From: Eledone cirrhosa
Lineage: Eukaryota
Direction of reading: 5' to 3'
Assembly (NCBI GenBank): GCA_964016885.1
Contig: OZ024758.1
Span: 28,768,001 to 28,832,000, forward strand
DNA length: 64,000 nt
Shown: piece by piece, positions 1 to 10,900 of the stretch
Layout of the letters: the number at the start of each line of letters is the position of its first letter
How positions within the stretch are numbered: the first letter of the stretch is position 1
Made by a program: the position numbers and the translations under genes
The notes under the pieces: model-generated
Seen by the model: the letters and a program-made list of their open reading frames with translations, nothing else
What the model was told of the DNA's origin: nothing
Databases searched by the model: none

Positions 1-100
1 ACTTTATGTCTCAGTTCTTCTAGCTTCTGGGAATTGACAGAGCTTTGAATAAAGTTTGCACTCCTATCTGTTTGACATGGCAGAAATTGTTGTTAAATAC

Positions 101-415
101 CTGGCACTCCGTTGGTTATGATGATGAGTGTTCCAGTTGATGCAATCGATGGAACAGCCTGCTTGTGAAATTAACGTGCAAGTGGCTGAGCATTCCACAG
201 ACATGTATAACTTTAATGTAGTTCTTGGGGAGATCCAGCATGACACAGAATTGGATAAGGCTGGCCATTCGACTACTTATTTTTGTCAGTTGAGTGGAGT
301 GGATCAACCTGAAATAAAGTGTCTTGCCCAAGGACACAGCACGTTGTCAGTAAACGAACTCATGACCTTACAATAGTGAGTCGAATACCCTAACCACAAA
401 GCCACATACCTTCAC
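101..415 (-). mobile_element. tRNA-derived CORE-type SINE, degenerate
   Basis: Reverse complement reads GTGAAGGTATGTGGCTTTGTGGTTAG (A-box-like), GAGTTCG (B-box-like), then GTGTCCTTGGGCAAGACACTTT, similar to the MIR/CORE motif CCTTGGGCAAGTCACTT. Same head at 62261; same 3' body at 59545-59806. Confidence 0.8.
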
Positions 416-653
416 TTGTTAAATACCAACTTAATAGACAGCCAAGTATTTTTTGTGAATGAATTAACTGACTGCAGTGTTATTACCGCCATGACACATC
501 TTCAAGAATGAAACTGCAGCAGAGTGAAATTCTTTAATGGTTCTTAAGTATTTGTTAATCTATTCAAATAACAGACATTGTCTTCCCTTGACTGTGGAAA
601 TATATATAAGTATAACATGTATATATTTCCACAAATGATTTATTTACAATAAT

Positions 654-1005
654 GGAGGCACATGGCTTAGTGGTTAGAGCATTGGCCTTGCAATCGAAAG
701 GTTGTGAGTTCAATTCTCAGATCGGGTGATGTGTTGTTTCCTTGAGCAAGACACTTTATTTCACATTGCTCCAGTTTACTCAGCTGTAGAAATGAGATGA
801 TAGGGACTGCGGTCCCTATCATTCCACTGCAAAGTGGTCGTGGAGGTGCCACGGCAAAAAAGCACCCAGCACTCATTGTAAATGAGGTTGGTATAAGGAA
901 GGGCATCCAGCTGTAGAAATCAAGCCAAAATCAGTTCCCGTCCCACCCTTGCAAGCAGGGAAAAGTGGACGTAAAATGAAATGAAATGAAATTGAAATGA
1001 ATGAA
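654..1005 (+). mobile_element. Full-length tRNA-derived CORE-type SINE with LINE-like 3' end and (AAATG)n tail
   Basis: A box TGGCTTAGTGG, B-box-like GAGTTCAATTC, CORE motif CCTTGAGCAAGACACTT, 3' end GGAAAAGTGGACGTAAAATG(AAATG)n. Close inverted copy at 52913-53248. Confidence 0.9.
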
Positions 1006-1196
1006 AAAGATTAATTCATGCTACAAATGACACTTTTGTAAGTGACAAAAACAAATGTGTAATAAGAACATGAGAGACATGTAGGATGGGAACATTAGCT
1101 GACATCTGTTTAAAGACAAATCATTTGAATGTAGGTTACTATATTTGCATTTTACAAATATCAAATGAAAGCATATCTATTATTATTATTGTGTAG

Positions 1197-1573
1197 GTAG
1201 AGGGTCGGACGCTATGCTTTGACGCATAGAGTTACGGCCCTTGCCATTCAAATCCTACCGAGGTTAACTTTGCCTTTCATCCTTACGGTGTCAATAAAAT
1301 AAAGTACCAGTAATATACTGGGATAAATGGTGGCCTTGTGCCAAAAGTAGAAACAATTAGTATTAGTGTTTCTACTTTTGGCACAAGGCCAGCAATTACC
1401 CCAGTGCATTACTGGTACTTTATTTTATTGACACCGTAAGGATGAAAGGCAAAGTTAATCCCGCCGAGGTTAACTTTGCCTTTCATCCTTACGGGGTCGA
1501 TAAACTAAAGTACCAGTAATACACTGGTATAATTGCTGGCCTTGTGCCAAAAGTAGAAACAATTATTATTATT
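1197..1573. mobile_element. Deu/Nin-type SINE cluster: head fragment plus three ~100-bp body copies in +/-/+ orientation
   Basis: Motif CCGAGGTTAACTTTGCCTTTCATCCTTACGG..TCRATAAA..AAGTACCAG resembles the Deu/Nin SINE domain. Copies at ~1255-1356 (+), ~1367-1459 (-), ~1460-1573 (+, ATT tail). Confidence 0.75.
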
Positions 1574-1842
1574 GCCTGCAAAGCAATTTTGTTGAAAGGT
1601 GGGTGAGAGAAGTGAGCATGGCCTGAGTGAATGGGCCCGCTGAGTGTAAACCTGTAGATTGTAGGAGTACAACTGGGACAGGGCCCTAAAGATCAGAGCA
1701 TCCGTGGATTTATGGGGGGGGGGGTTTCCACGAATGGCTCCCCCGTCTCCTCCCTATTGAGGAACCTTTGTTTTAATTTTATCTTTTTTTTTTAACATTG
1801 TTAAAATTTGTTTACACACAACCCATCCCCAACCCACCCACC

Positions 1843-1916
1843 CACACACACACATACATATACACACGAACACTCACACATACATACACACACGAACACC
1901 AACATACACACACACT
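1843..1916. repeat. Degenerate (CA)n/(CATA)n microsatellite
   Basis: Seen directly, just before the satellite. Confidence 0.8.
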
Positions 1917-1935
1917 CTATGTTTTCGTCCTGTAC

Positions 1936-4900
1936 CATTAATAAGACCCTAAGATGCTAACGTATCTGCAGGGTTGCTGCTCATTAATAAGACCCTAACA
2001 TGCTAACGTATCTGCAGGGTTGCTGCTCATTAATAAGACCCTAAGGTGCTAACGTATCTGCAGGGTTGCTGCTCATTAATAAGACCCTAAGGTGCTAACG
2101 TATCTGCAGGGTTGCTGCTCATTAATAAGACCCTAAGGTGCTAACGTATCTGCAGGGTTGCTGCTCATTAATAAGACCCTAAGGTGCTAACGTATCTGCA
2201 GGGTTGCTGCTCATTAATAAGACCCTAAGGTGCTAACGTATCTGCAGGGTTGCTGCTCATTAATAAGACCCTAAGGTGCTAACGTATCTGCAGGGTTGCT
2301 GCTCATTAATAAGACCCTAAGGTGCTACCGTATCTGCAGGGTTGCTGCTCATTAATAAGACCCTAACATGCTAATGTATCTGCAGGGTTGCTGCTCATTA
2401 ATAAGACCCTAACATGCTAACGTATCTGCAGGGTTGCTACTAATTAATAAGACCCTAAGGTGCTAACGTATCTGCAGGGTTGCTGCTCATTAATAAGACC
2501 CTAAGGTGCTAACGTATCTGCAGGGTTGCTGCTCATTAATAAGACCCTAAGGTGCTAACGTATCTGCAGGGTTGCTGCTCATTAATAAGACCCTAACATG
2601 CTAACGTATCTGCAGGGTTGCTGCTCATTAATAAGACCCTAACATGCTAACGTATCTGCAGGGTTGCTGCTTATTAATAAGACCCTGAGGTGCTAACGTA
2701 TGTGCAGGGTTGCTGCTCATTAATAAGACCCTAAGGTGCTAACGTATCTGCAGGGTTGCTGCTCATTAATAAGACCCTAACGTGCTAATGTATCTGCAGG
2801 GTTGCTGCTTATTAATAAGACCCTAAGGTGCTAACGTATCTGCAGGGTTGCTGCTCATTAATAAGACCCTAAGGTGCTAACGTATCTGCAGGGTTGCTGC
2901 TCATTAATAAGACCCTAACATGCTAACGTATCTGCAGGGTTGCTGCTCATTAATAACACCCTAAGGTGCTAACGTATCTGCAGGGTTGCTGCTCATTAAT
3001 AAGACCCTAACATGCTAACGTATCTGCAGGGTTGCTGCTCATTAATAACACCCTAAGGTGCTAACGTATCTGCAGGGTTGCTGCTCATTAATAAGAGCCT
3101 AAGGTGCTAACGTATCTGCAGGGTTGCTGCTCATTAATAAGACCCTAAGGTGCTAACGTATCTGCAGGGTTGCTGCTCATTAATAACACCCTAAGGTGCT
3201 AACGTATCTGCAGGGTTGCTGCTCATTAATAAGACCCTAACATGCTAACGTATCTGCAGGGTTGCTGCTCATTAATAAGACCCTAACATGCTAACGTATC
3301 TGCAGGGTTGCTGCTCATTAATAAGACCCTAAGGTGCTAACGTATCTGCAGGGTTGCTGCTCATTAATAAGACCCTAACATGCTAACGTATCTGCAGGGT
3401 TGCTGCTCATTAATAAGACCCTAACATGCTAATGTATCTGCAGGGTTGCTGTTCATTAATAAGACCCTAAGATGCTAATGTATCTGCAGGGTTGCTGCTC
3501 ATTAATAAGACCCTAAGATGCTAATGTATCTGCAGGGTTGCTGCTCATTAATAAGACCCTAACATGCTAACGTATCTGCAGTGTTGCTGCTCATTAATAA
3601 GACCTTAAGATGCTAATGTATCTGCAGGGTTGCTGCCCATTAATAAGACCCTAAGGTGCTAACGTATCTGCAGGGTTGCTGCTCATTAATAAGACCCTAA
3701 GATGCTAATGTATCTGCAGGGTTGCTGCTCATTAATAAGACCCTAACATGCTAACGTATCTGCAGGGTTGCTGCTCATTAATAAGACCCTAAGGTGCTAA
3801 CGTATCTGCAGGGTTGCTGCTCATTAATAAGACCCTAAGATGCTAACGTATCTGCAGGGTTGCTGCTCATTAATAAGACCCTAAGGTGCTAACGTATCTG
3901 CAGGGTTGCTGCTCATTAATAAGACCCTAAGGTGCTAACGTATCTGCAGGGTTGCTGCTCATTAATAAGACCCTAAGGTGCTAACGTATCTGCAGGGTTG
4001 CTGCTCATTAATAAGACCCTAAGGTGCTAACGTATCTGCAGGGTTGCTGCTCATTAATAAGCCCCTAACATGCTAACGTATCTGCAGGGTTGCTGCTCAT
4101 TAATAAGACCCTAAGATGCTAACGTATCTGCAGGGTTGCTGCTCATTAATAAGACCCTAAGGTGCTAACGTATCTGCAGGGTTGCTGCTCATTAATAAGA
4201 CCCTAAGATGCTAACGTATCTGCAGGGTTGCTGCTCATTAATAAGACCCTAAGATGCTAATGTATCTGCAGGGTTGCTGCTCATTAATAAGACCCTAAGA
4301 TGCTAACGTATCTGCAGGGTTGCTGCTCATTAATAAGACCCTAACATGCTAACGTATCTGCAGGGTTGCTGCTCATTAATAAGACCCTAACATGCTAACG
4401 TATCTGCAGGGTTGCTGCTCATTAATAAGACCCTAAGATGCTAATGTATCTGCAGGGTTGCTGCTCATTTATAAGACCCTAAGATGCTAATGTATCTGCA
4501 GGGTTGCTGCTCATTAATAAGACCCTAAGGTGCTAACGTATCTGCAGGGTTGCTGCTCATTAATAAGACCCTAACATGCTAACGTATCTGCAGGGTTGCT
4601 GCTCATTAATAAGACCCTAAGATGCTAATGTATCTGCAGGGTTGCTGCTCAATAATAAGACCCTAAGATGCTAATGTATCTGCAGGGTTGCTGCTCATTA
4701 ATAAGACCCTAACATGCTAACGTATCTGCAGGGTTGCTGCTCATTAATAAGACCCTAAGGTGCTAACGTATCTGCAGGGTTGCTGCTCATTAATAAGACC
4801 CCAACATGCTAACGTATCTGCAGGGTTGCTGCTCATTAATAAGACCCTAACATGCTAACGTATCTGCAGGGTTGCTGCTCATTAATAAGACCCTAAGGTG

Positions 4901-7900
4901 CTAACGTATCTGCAGGGTTGCTGCTCAATAATAAGACCCTAAGGTGCTAACGTATCTGCAGGGTTGCTGCTCATTAATAAGACCCTAAGGTGCTAACGTA
5001 TCTGTAGGGTTGCTGCTCATTAATAAGACCCTAATGTGCTAACGTATCTGCAGGGTTGCTGCTCATTAATAACACCCTAATGTGCTAACGTATCTGCAGG
5101 GTTGCTGCTCATTAATAACACCCTAAGATGCTAACGTATCTGCAGGGTTGCTGCTCATTAATAAGACCCTAAGGTGCTAACGTATCTGCAGGGTTGCTGC
5201 TCATTAATAAACACCCTAAGATGCTAACGTATCTGCAGGGTTGCTGCTCATTAATAAGACCCTAACATGCTAACGTATCTGCAGGGTTGCTGCTCATTAA
5301 TAAGACCCTAATGTGCTAACGTATCTGCAGGGTTGCTGCTCATTAATAAGCCCCTAACATGCTAACGTATCTGCAGGGTTGCTGCTCATTAATAAGACCC
5401 TAAGATGCTAACGTATCTGCAGGGTTGCTGCTCATTAATAAGACCCTAAGGTGCTAACGTATCTGCAGGGTTGCTGCTCATTAATAAGACCCTAAGATGC
5501 TAACGTATCTGCAGGGTTGCTGCTCATTAATAAGACCCTAAGATGCTAATGTATCTGCAGGGTTGCTGCTCATTAATAAGACCCTAAGATGCTAACGTAT
5601 CTGCAGGGTTGCTGCTCATTAATAAGACCCTAACATGCTAACGTATCTGCAGGGTTGCTGCTCATTAATAAGACCCTAACATGCTAACGTATCTGCAGGG
5701 TTGCTGCTCATTAATAAGACCCTAAGATGCTAATGTATCTGCAGGGTTGCTGCTCATTTATAAGACCCTAAGATGCTAATGTATCTGCAGGGTTGCTGCT
5801 CATTAATAAGACCCTAAGGTGCTAACGTATCTGCAGGGTTGCTGCTCATTAATAAGACCCTAACATGCTAACGTATCTGCAGGGTTGCTGCTCATTAATA
5901 AGACCCTAAGATGCTAATGTATCTGCAGGGTTGCTGCTCAATAATAAGACCCTAAGATGCTAATGTATCTGCAGGGTTGCTGCTCATTAATAAGACCCTA
6001 ACATGCTAACGTATCTGCAGGGTTGCTGCTCATTAATAAGACCCTAAGGTGCTAACGTATCTGCAGGGTTGCTGCTCATTAATAAGACCCCAACATGCTA
6101 ACGTATCTGCAGGGTTGCTGCTCATTAATAAGACCCTAACATGCTAACGTATCTGCAGGGTTGCTGCTCATTAATAAGACCCTAAGGTGCTAACGTATCT
6201 GCAGGGTTGCTGCTCAATAATAAGACCCTAAGGTGCTAACGTATCTGCAGGGTTGCTGCTCATTAATAAGACCCTAAGGTGCTAACGTATCTGTAGGGTT
6301 GCTGCTCATTAATAAGACCCTAATGTGCTAACGTATCTGCAGGGTTGCTGCTCATTAATAAGACCCTAATGTGCTAACGTATCTGCAGGGTTGCTGCTCA
6401 TTAATAACACCCTAAGATGCTAACGTATCTGCAGGGTTGCTGCTCATTAATAAGACCCTAAGGTGCTAACGTATCTGCAGGGTTGCTGCTCATTAATAAA
6501 CACCCTAAGATGCTAACGTATCTGCAGGGTTGCTGCTCATTAATAAGACCCTAACATGCTAACGTATCTGCAGGGTTGCTGCTCATTAATAAGACCCTAA
6601 TGTGCTAACGTATCTGCAGGGTTGCTGCTCATTAATAACACCCTAAGGTGCTAACGTATCTGCAGGGTTGCTGCTCATTAATAAGACCCTAAGGTGCTAA
6701 CGTATCTGCAGGGTTGCTGCTCATTAATAACGCCCTAAGGTGCGAACGTATCTGCAGGGTTGCTGCTCATTAATAAGACCTAAGATGCTAACGTCTCTGC
6801 AGGGTTGCTGCTCATTAATAAGACCCTAAGGTGCGAACGTATCTGCAGGGTTGCTGCTCATTAATAAGATCCTAACATGCTAACGTATCTGCAGGGTTGC
6901 TGCTCATTAATAAGACCCTAAGGTGCTAACGTCTCTGCAGGGTGTCTGCTCATTAATAAGACCCTAAGATGCTAACGTATCTGCAGGGTTGCTGCTCATT
7001 AATAAAACCCTAACATGCTAACGTATCTTCAGGGTTGCTACTCATTAATAAGACCCTAACATGCTAACGTATCTGCAGGGTTGCTGCTCATTAATATGAC
7101 CCTAACATGCTAACGTATCTGCAGGGTTGCTGCTCATTAATAAGACCCTAAGGTGCTAACGTATCTGCAGGGTTGCTGCTCATTAATAAGACCCTAACAT
7201 GCTAACGTATCTGCAGGGTTGCTGCTCATTAATAAGACCCTAACATGCTAACGTATCTGCAGGGTTACTGCTCATTAATAAGACCCTAGGGTGCTAACGT
7301 ATCAGCAGGTTTGCTGCTCATTAATAAGACCCTAAGATGCTAACGTATCTGCAGGGTTGCTGCTCATTAATAAGACCCTAACATGCTAACGTATCTGCAG
7401 GGTTGCTGCTCATTAATAAGACCCTAAGATGCTAACGTATCTGCAGGGTTGCTGCTCATTAATAAGACCCTAAGGTGCTAACGTATCTGCAGGATTGCTG
7501 CTCATTAATAAGACCCTAACATGCTAACGTATCTGCCGGGTTGCTGCTCATTAATAAGACTCTAAGGTGCTAACGTATCTGCAGGGTTGCTGCTCATTAA
7601 TAACACCCTAAGATGCTAACGTATCTGCAGGGTTGCTGCTCATTAATAAGACCCTAAGGTGCTAACGTATCTGCAGGGTTGCTGCTCATTAATAAACACC
7701 ATAAGATGCTAACGTATCTGCAGGGTTGCTGCTCATTAATAAGACCCTAAGGTGCTAACGTATCTGCAGGGTTGCTGCTCATTAATAACACCCTAAGGTG
7801 CGAACGTATCTGCAGGGTTGCTGCTCATTAATAAGACCCTAACATGCTAACGTATCTGCAGGGTTGCTGCTCATTAATAAGACCCTAAGGTGCTAATGTA

Positions 7901-10900
7901 TCTGCAGGGTTACTGCTCATTAATAAGACCCTAAGATGCTAACGTATCTGCAGGGTTGCTGCTCATTAATAAGACCCTAAGGTGCTAACGTATCTGCAGG
8001 GTGTCTGCTCATTAATAAGACCTAAGATGCTAACGTCTCTGCAGGGTTGCTGCTCATTAATAAGACCCTAAGGTGCGAACGTATCTGCAGGGTCGCTGCT
8101 CATTAATAAGATCCTAACATGCTAACGTATCTGCAGGGTTGCTGCTCATTAATAAGACCCTAAGGTGCTAACGTCTCTGCAGGGTGTCTGCTCATTAATA
8201 AGACCCTAAGATGCTAACGTATCTGCAGGGTTGCTGCTCATTAATAAAACCCTAACATGCTAACGTATCTTCAGGGTTGCTACTCATTAATAAGACCCTA
8301 ACATGCTAACGTATCTGCAGGGTTGCTGCTCATTAATATGACCCTAACATGCTAACGTATCTGCAGGGTTGTTGCTCATTAATAAGACGCTAAGGTGCTA
8401 ACGTATCTGCAGGGTTGCTGCTCATTAATAAGACCCTAAGGTGCTAACGTATCTGCAGGATTGCTGCTCATTAATAAGACCCTAACATGCTAACGTATCT
8501 GCAGGGTTGCTGCTCATTAATAAGACCTTAAGGTGCTAACGTATCTGCAGGGTTGTTGCTCATTAATAACACCCTAAGGTGCTAACGTATCTGCAGGGTT
8601 GCTGCTCATTAATAACACCCTAAGGTGCTAACGTATCTGCAGGGTTCCTGCTCATTAATAAGACCCTAAGGTGCTAACGTATCTGCAGGGTTGTTGCTCA
8701 TTAATAACACCCTAAGGTGCTAACGTATCTGCAGGGTTGCTGCTCATTAATAAGACCCTAAGATCCTAACGTATCTGCAGGGTTGCGGCTCATTAATAAG
8801 ACCCTAAGGTGCTAACGTATCTGCAGGGTTGCTGTTCATTAATAACACCCTAAGGTGCTAACGTATCTGCAGGGTTGCTGCTCATTAATAAGACCCTAAG
8901 GTGCTAACGTATCTGCAGGGTTGCTGCTCATTAATAAGACCCTAAGATGCTAACGTATCTGCCGGGTTGCTGCTCATTAATAAGACCCTAACATGCTAAC
9001 GTATCTGCAGGGTTGCTGCTCATTAATAAGACCCTAAAATGCTAACATATCTGCAGGGTTGCTGCTCATTAATAAGACCCTAAGATGCTAACGTATCTGC
9101 AGGGTTGCTGCTCATTAATAAGACCCTAAGGTGCTAACCTATCTGCAGGGTTGCTGCTCATTAATAAGACCCTAACATGCTAATGTATCTGCAGGGTTGC
9201 TGCTCATTAATAAGACCCTAAGATGCTAACGTATCTGCGGGGTTGCTGCTCATTAATAAGACCCTAAGGTGCTAACGTATCTGCAGGGTTGCTGCTCATT
9301 AATAAGACCCTAAGGTGCTAACGTATCTGCAGGGTTGCTGCTCATTAATAAGACCTTAAGGTGCTAACGTATCTGCAGGGTTGCTGCTCATTAATAAGAC
9401 CCTAACATGCTAACGTATCTGCAGGGTTGCTGCTCATTAATAAGACCCTAAGATGCTAACGTATCTGCAGGGTTGCTGCTCATTAATAAGACCCTAACAT
9501 GCTAACGTATCTGCAGGGTTGCTGCTCATTAATAAGACCCTAACATGCTAACGTATCTGCAGGGTTGCTGCTCATTAATAAGACCCTAACATGCTAACGT
9601 ATCTGCAGGGTTGCTGCTCATTAATAAGACCCTAACATGCTAACGTATCTGCAGGGTTGCTGCTCATTAATAAGACCCTAAGATACTAATGTATCTGCAG
9701 GGTTGCTGCTCATTAATAAGACCCTAAGGTGCTAATGTATCTGCAGGGTTGCTGCTCATTAATAAGACCCTAAGGTGCTAACGTATCTGCAGGGTTGCTG
9801 CTCATTAATAAGACCCTAACATGCTAACGTATCTGCAGGGTTGCTGCTCATTAATAAGACCCTAAAATGCTAATGTATCTGCAGGGTTGCTGCTCATTAA
9901 TAAGACCCTAACATGCTAACGTATCTGCAGGGTTGCTGCTCATTAATATCACCCTAAGGTGCTAACGTATCTGCAGGGTTGCTGCTCATTAATAAGACCC
10001 TAACATGCTAACGTATCTGCAGGGTTGCTGCTCATTAATATGACCCTAAGGTGCTAACGTATCTGCAGGGTTGCTGCTCATTAATAAGACCCTAACATGC
10101 TAACGTATCTGCAGGGTTGCTGCTCATTAATATGACCCTAAGGTACTAACGTATCTGCAGGGTTGCTGCTCATTAATAAGACCCCAACATGCTAATGTAT
10201 CTGCAGGGTTGCTGCTCATTAATAAGACCCTAACATGCTAACGTATCTGCAGGGTTGCTGCTCATTAATAAGACCCTAAGGTGCTAACGTATCTGCAGGG
10301 TTGCTGCTCAATAATAAGACCCTAAGGTGCTAACGTCTCTGCAGGGTTGCTGCTCATTAATAAGACCCTAAGGTGCTAACGTATCTGTAGGGTTGCTGCT
10401 CATTAATAAGACCCTAATGTGCTAACGTATCTGCAGGGTTGCTGCTCATTAATAAGACCCTAATGTGCTAAGGTATCTGCAGGGTTGCTGCTCATTAATA
10501 ACACCCTAAGATGCTAACGTATCTGCAGGGTTGCTGCTCATTAATAAGACCCTAAGATGCTAACGTATCTGCAGGGTTGCTGCTCATTAATAACACCCTA
10601 AGATGCTAACGTATCTGCAGGGTTGCTGCTCATTATTAAGACCCTAATGTGCTAACGTATCTGCAGGGTTGCTGCTCATTAATAACACCCTAAGATGCTA
10701 ACGTATCTGCAGGGTTGCTGCTCATTAATAAGACCCTAAGGTGCTAACGTATCTGCAGGGTGTCTGCTCATTAATAAGACCTAAGATGCTAACGTCTCTG
10801 CAGGGTTGCTGCTCATTAATAAGACCCTAAGGTGCGAACGTATCTGCAGGGTCGCTGCTCATTAATAAGATCCTAACATGCTAACGTATCTGCAGGGTTG

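Noticed and set aside
667-906. Similar ORFs at 667-906 and 52994-53296 as a gene family
   Set aside because: Antisense translations of the same SINE.
1953-1971. ~18-nt micro-intron GTGCTAAC..CTGCAG or U12 signals (GTATCT, CCTAAC)
   Set aside because: Far below metazoan intron size, imperfect U12 consensus, and no exon frame.
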